Below, one piece after another: positions 54,401-58,110 of a stretch of DNA of 64,000 nt (the stretch's first letter is position 1; each line of letters opens with the position of its first letter). The position numbers and the translations under genes were made by a program. The stretch covers positions 1,759 through 65,758 of the forward strand of contig JAZSQO010000008.1 of NCBI GenBank assembly GCA_045538015.1, read 5' to 3'. This stretch comes from Acutalibacteraceae bacterium (GTDB lineage: Bacteria > Bacillota > Clostridia > Oscillospirales > Acutalibacteraceae). The notes under the pieces were generated by a model. It was not told where the DNA came from, did no database searches, and worked only from the letters and a program-made list of their open reading frames with translations.

Positions 54401-55367
54401 TGTCGGCGTCGCCGCTGAAATCCCAGCCGAAGCCGTCGCCGGTGACATCGCTGTTCTCTTCAAAGCTGAAGTTGAAGTCGTCACCGCTCTCGCCGGTAAT
54501 CTCGCCGCCCAGCTTGCCCAGATAGGACTTGGAACCGTTGGCTCCGTTGGCGTCGGGAGTGCTGGGAGTGGTGATGGAGCTGGCCAGAGCCTTGTTGGTC
54601 TCCACGTCATAGGAGGGCACGACTATCTCGCCCGGCTCCTCGGGATCTTCAGGATCCTCGGGATCGCCGGAGCCGGAACCGGAACCGGTGCCGGTTCCGC
54701 CGGAGCCGTCGGTGGTGGTGACGGCGATGCTGTCAAGGTTGAAGGTGGGACAATACTCGGCGATCATGTGCAGACCCACATAGAGAGTCTGACCGTCGCT
54801 GAGGGTGGCAGAGGCGCTGCGGCTGTGCTCGGCAGTCGCCTGACCGAAGGTGGCCGACTCGTTCAGAGCCGACTCGGCGGTGAGGCTGTCGCCGGCGTAG
54901 GCGAACAGCTTGGTGGTGCTGTTCTGCACCGAGTTGGCGCTCCAGTTGGTGGCAATGGCGCGGGCAACAGCGTCAACGGTGTAGGTTCCCGCGTCGAGGC
55001 CGGGAATGGCCAGATAATACAGGAACTCGGTGCTGTTGGTACCGCCGGCAGACTTGCTGTTGCTGCCGTTGGTGGTGAACTGGCCGGTGAGGCCGCTGGG
55101 CGCGGAGGCGGTGTAGGTGCCCTTGTTGCCCTGATTCGCGGTGTTGTAGCCGCTGGAGGTGGTGACGAACTTGCCGTCGTTGAGGATCCGCCAGCTGAGA
55201 CCGGACAGATCCACCTCGGTGGCGGCGCTGACCTTCACCACTCCGCCCAGCAGGTCAAGAGAGGTGTTGAACAGCAGAACCAGCGCCAGCAGCACGCAGG
55301 CCGCCACGCGCAGAACTCTGCTGCCCGGGTACAGGTTTTTCGGATGTTCAGTGTTGTTCTTTTTCAT
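45408..55367 (-). CDS. Giant (3319 aa) surface protein: CBM-like domains + fibro-slime/PA14-like domain + about 20 DUF11 repeats + xPDTG sorting-like signal
   Basis: The RBS is aaggag..aggaga. A signal peptide is present. The fibro-slime block reads '[26 protein letters not shown]'. The DUF11 signature '[TI]xVxNTGN' recurs about 20 times. The C-terminus is 'GPDTGEE', a TM helix and 'RRKK'. Confidence 0.9.
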   Translation of the reverse strand: [3319 protein letters not shown]

Positions 55368-55865
55368 TTCTCCTGCATCTCCTTAGATAATTTCAGATTT
55401 TTCCTTGTACCAGAAAATTGTATGTCAGTTTTTTGCTAAGTCGGCTATTCGATTTCAGGATATATACATACACAAACCAGCATTATCCATCCACACAACG
55501 CAATTATAGTACTTGTCGAAAACGATTTCTACCAACAACTCTACCGGTTTTTGCAAAATTCTAACCTAATATCATCACAATTTCATTGCCTCCCATTCAA
55601 TTTTTCCGCTATTTTTCTCGCCGATCCGAGGCAGTTGACCTCTTATTTTGGGTTCGCTTTAATTATAGCACCAAATTCACCGCGCAAACAATATTAAATT
55701 TCAACAAATATGCACTAACTTTATCAACGTTTATGATACTCACCAAAAACCGCGCGTAGATATTGTGAATACATTATGAATTGATCCCTGCGGAGCGCTC
55801 TTGCCAGCTGTCACCTTGACCGAATTCGTTTTCTGTGGTATCCTTGAGCAAAAGGAGGTTTTATA

Positions 55866-56888
55866 ATGAAAAAGATCTTTACTATTGTTTCCACCGTTGT
55901 ATTCGCGGCGCTCTGCCTCTGCGGCTGCACCGCCGCCCAGAAGCTGGAGCAGGCGGTGGCCGACGCCAAGGCCGCCATCCCCGGAGCCTACGACCCGGCA
56001 AGCTACTACCCCGAGGAGCTGGCCGCCCTCGAGCAGCTGGCCGCTGACTACACCGCCGCTCTGGACGCCGCCGGAAGCGAGGAAGAGCTGCCCGCTCTTG
56101 CCGCCGACTTCGCCGCCAGGGTGGACGAGGTCAGCACCATGGAGGAGGTGGACGAGGCCATGAACAAGCTGGCCGACGAGACCGCCGCCGCCTTCTTTGA
56201 ATCGGCTCACAACCGTCTCGTCTCCTACGAGACTGCCGAGGAATATCTCAAGGCCCTCGGTGATTATTATAAGGAAGAAGCCTCCATGACCGCCGCCCAG
56301 CGCATCGAGGCCATCGAGGCTCTGGAGGCCATTCTGGGCGAGGCCGACGCTCCCATCGAGTTCACCTGCTCCTTCGAGGGAACCACTCTGCCCCTCGAGG
56401 TCAGTCTTTCCAGGAATTTCGGAGGCAGTCCCGTTGTCACCCTGACCTGCGGCACTCCGTGGAGCGAATACAATGACCTGCCCAAGTTCACCAACTTCGG
56501 CTACACCTCTTACACCATGCTGGACTACGAGCTGTGCAGAGGTGAGCTGACCGCCGAAGCCGTTTCCCGTATGCTCACCTGGCACACTGCCATCCTCACT
56601 CCCTACGAGAACATCTATCAGGGAGAGGATCTGGTTCCCGTCTCCGAGGGCAAGGCCGCCCGCTTTGAGCTCACCGGCAGCGCCATCACCGACACGGTCA
56701 TGTCCCCCGTGCATATTTCCGTCATGAAGGACACCGCCGACACCTTCATCAACTCCGACGGCATCGAGGTCGACCGCTATCTTGACGACGATCCTCTCAC
56801 CATCGACTACATCCTCATCGACTTCAAGGCCTACACCACCGATCCCGACCCCGTGGGCGCGAACCCTGTGTGGGTGGTTCTTCTGTAG
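55866..56888 (+). CDS. Hypothetical lipoprotein
   Basis: RBS aaaggagg and lipobox 'ALCLCGCTAA' are present. Confidence 0.7.
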   Translation: MKKIFTIVSTVVFAALCLCGCTAAQKLEQAVADAKAAIPGAYDPASYYPEELAALEQLAADYTAALDAAGSEEELPALAADFAARVDEVSTMEEVDEAMNKLADETAAAFFESAHNRLVSYETAEEYLKALGDYYKEEASMTAAQRIEAIEALEAILGEADAPIEFTCSFEGTTLPLEVSLSRNFGGSPVVTLTCGTPWSEYNDLPKFTNFGYTSYTMLDYELCRGELTAEAVSRMLTWHTAILTPYENIYQGEDLVPVSEGKAARFELTGSAITDTVMSPVHISVMKDTADTFINSDGIEVDRYLDDDPLTIDYILIDFKAYTTDPDPVGANPVWVVLL

Positions 56889-56916
56889 CTCCCGATTCTG
56901 ATTTTACGGCAAAACA

Positions 56917-56956
56917 AAACCGAGCCTTCGGAAATCCCGGAGGCTCGGTTTTCTGT
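56917..56956. terminator. Bidirectional terminator between the lipoprotein gene and pnuC
   Basis: aaaaccgagcc...ggctcggtttt. T runs are present on both strands. Confidence 0.8.
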
Positions 56957-56962
56957 TGTGTG

Positions 56963-57649
56963 TCAGCTTTTGCCGGACTGCTGCTCCTTCATTCTCTGCC
57001 AGTTGTAAAAGCCGTAAAGGTCGTTGGCCAGAAAGGCCGCGAAGCACAGCACTATGGGCAGATACGCCATGTCCTTGGCCGCGGCAATGACCCACAGCAC
57101 GATGAGCACCACGTCGTTGGCCGCGTAGGCAAGGGCGTAAAAGGGACTGCGCAGCCACGTCAGATATGAGGCGGCAAAGCTGGTGGCAACGGACAGCGTG
57201 CTCACTCCGAGGCTGGCGTTGCCCAGCGCCCTGAGGATGAAGTAAAAGGCGGCGGTCACAAGCACCGTCAGCGCGGCCATTACCGCCAGAGCTCTGCCCG
57301 AGGGCGTGGCCACCTCCACCGTTTTTGTTCCCTTGTAGGGATGTCTTGCCCACGAGATCACCGCCGCGGCGGCGATGGGTGCGGTCATGCACAGATAGGT
57401 TATCATCTCGCCGTAGTAGCGCTGGGAGAAGGAGATCATTCCGTAGAAGACGGCGAACACCACCGTGAGCACCTGCCCCAGCACATAGCCCTTGGCCACG
57501 AAGATAAGCGCCGTGACGCCGACCAGCGAGGCGATCAGGCTCAGCACATCCTTCCCGCCCGAGGCAAGAAAGCCGGCGATGATGACCGCCGCCGAAGCCA
57601 TATACAGCCACCGCTCCGGCCGCGTCAGATCAGAAAAGGGATTTTTCAT
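56963..57649 (-). CDS. pnuC: Nicotinamide riboside transporter PnuC
   Basis: About 7 TM helices are present. The C-terminus 'FAAFLANDLYGFYNWQR' is typical of the PnuC family. Confidence 0.8.
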   Translation of the reverse strand: MKNPFSDLTRPERWLYMASAAVIIAGFLASGGKDVLSLIASLVGVTALIFVAKGYVLGQVLTVVFAVFYGMISFSQRYYGEMITYLCMTAPIAAAAVISWARHPYKGTKTVEVATPSGRALAVMAALTVLVTAAFYFILRALGNASLGVSTLSVATSFAASYLTWLRSPFYALAYAANDVVLIVLWVIAAAKDMAYLPIVLCFAAFLANDLYGFYNWQRMKEQQSGKS

Positions 57650-57663
57650 TTTTCATCCTCCAT

Positions 57664-57721
57664 AAAAAAACAGCACCCGCCGCGCGCATCTTCTAAGACC
57701 TAACGACGCGCGCACGAATGC
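57664..57721 (-). terminator. Leader terminator/attenuator immediately upstream of the pnuC RBS
   Basis: On the minus strand the stem gcattcgt(g)cgcgcg / cgcgcggcgggtgc has a ~20-nt loop. It is followed by T7, then 'atggagg' and the ATG. Confidence 0.55.
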
Positions 57722-57768
57722 TTCCGCATATCGCTGCCCGGTGGCAGCACATATTTATTTGCAGGGAA

Positions 57769-57798
57769 AGTATAACAGAGATGAGGGGCGGGTGTCAA
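57769..57798 (-). promoter_or_regulatory. Candidate pnuC promoter
   Basis: Minus strand reads TTGACA, 18 nt, TATACT. Confidence 0.5.
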
Positions 57799-58110
57799 GA
57801 GGAGGGGGACAATTGATATGCTGAGGGCATTATCGGTATACTACTGTTAATTAGTAGTACATAAAAAGGCAGAGCGGCAGGGAGCATATCCTTGCCGCTC
57901 TGTTTACATTGCCCCGGCAGTTTCGAACCACCGAAATTGATTAGTCGCTCTGAGCCCGCGAGGGAGGCTTTATCAGAAACTATCAGACACTGAATAGGAC
58001 TGCCGCGAGAGAATAATTCCCGACAGCTCCTTTTTTGCGCCCTCGGGCAAAAAGGTTGAAATATCGTGATGATCATTGTATAATGTAGTAAAAATCACAA
58101 CGGAGGGGTA

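Noticed and set aside
37727-55367. Diversity-generating retroelement or phase-variable invertible promoter serving the giant adhesins
   Set aside because: No reverse transcriptase, template/variable repeat pair or recombinase gene was seen in or near the locus. I also found no inverted repeats flanking the upstream regions by eye.
45372-55439. 3355-aa ORF on the plus strand
   Set aside because: It is antisense to the 3319-aa surface-protein gene. The product is Gly/Val/Ala/Asp low-complexity with no RBS, signal or recognisable domain. The minus-strand product has a signal peptide, repeat domains and a sorting signal. This is a typical high-G+C shadow ORF.
57795-58076. 93-aa minus-strand ORF in the pnuC/TIR intergenic region
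   Set aside because: It has no RBS and odd composition. It sits in a divergent promoter region and overlaps a hairpin. It is probably non-coding.
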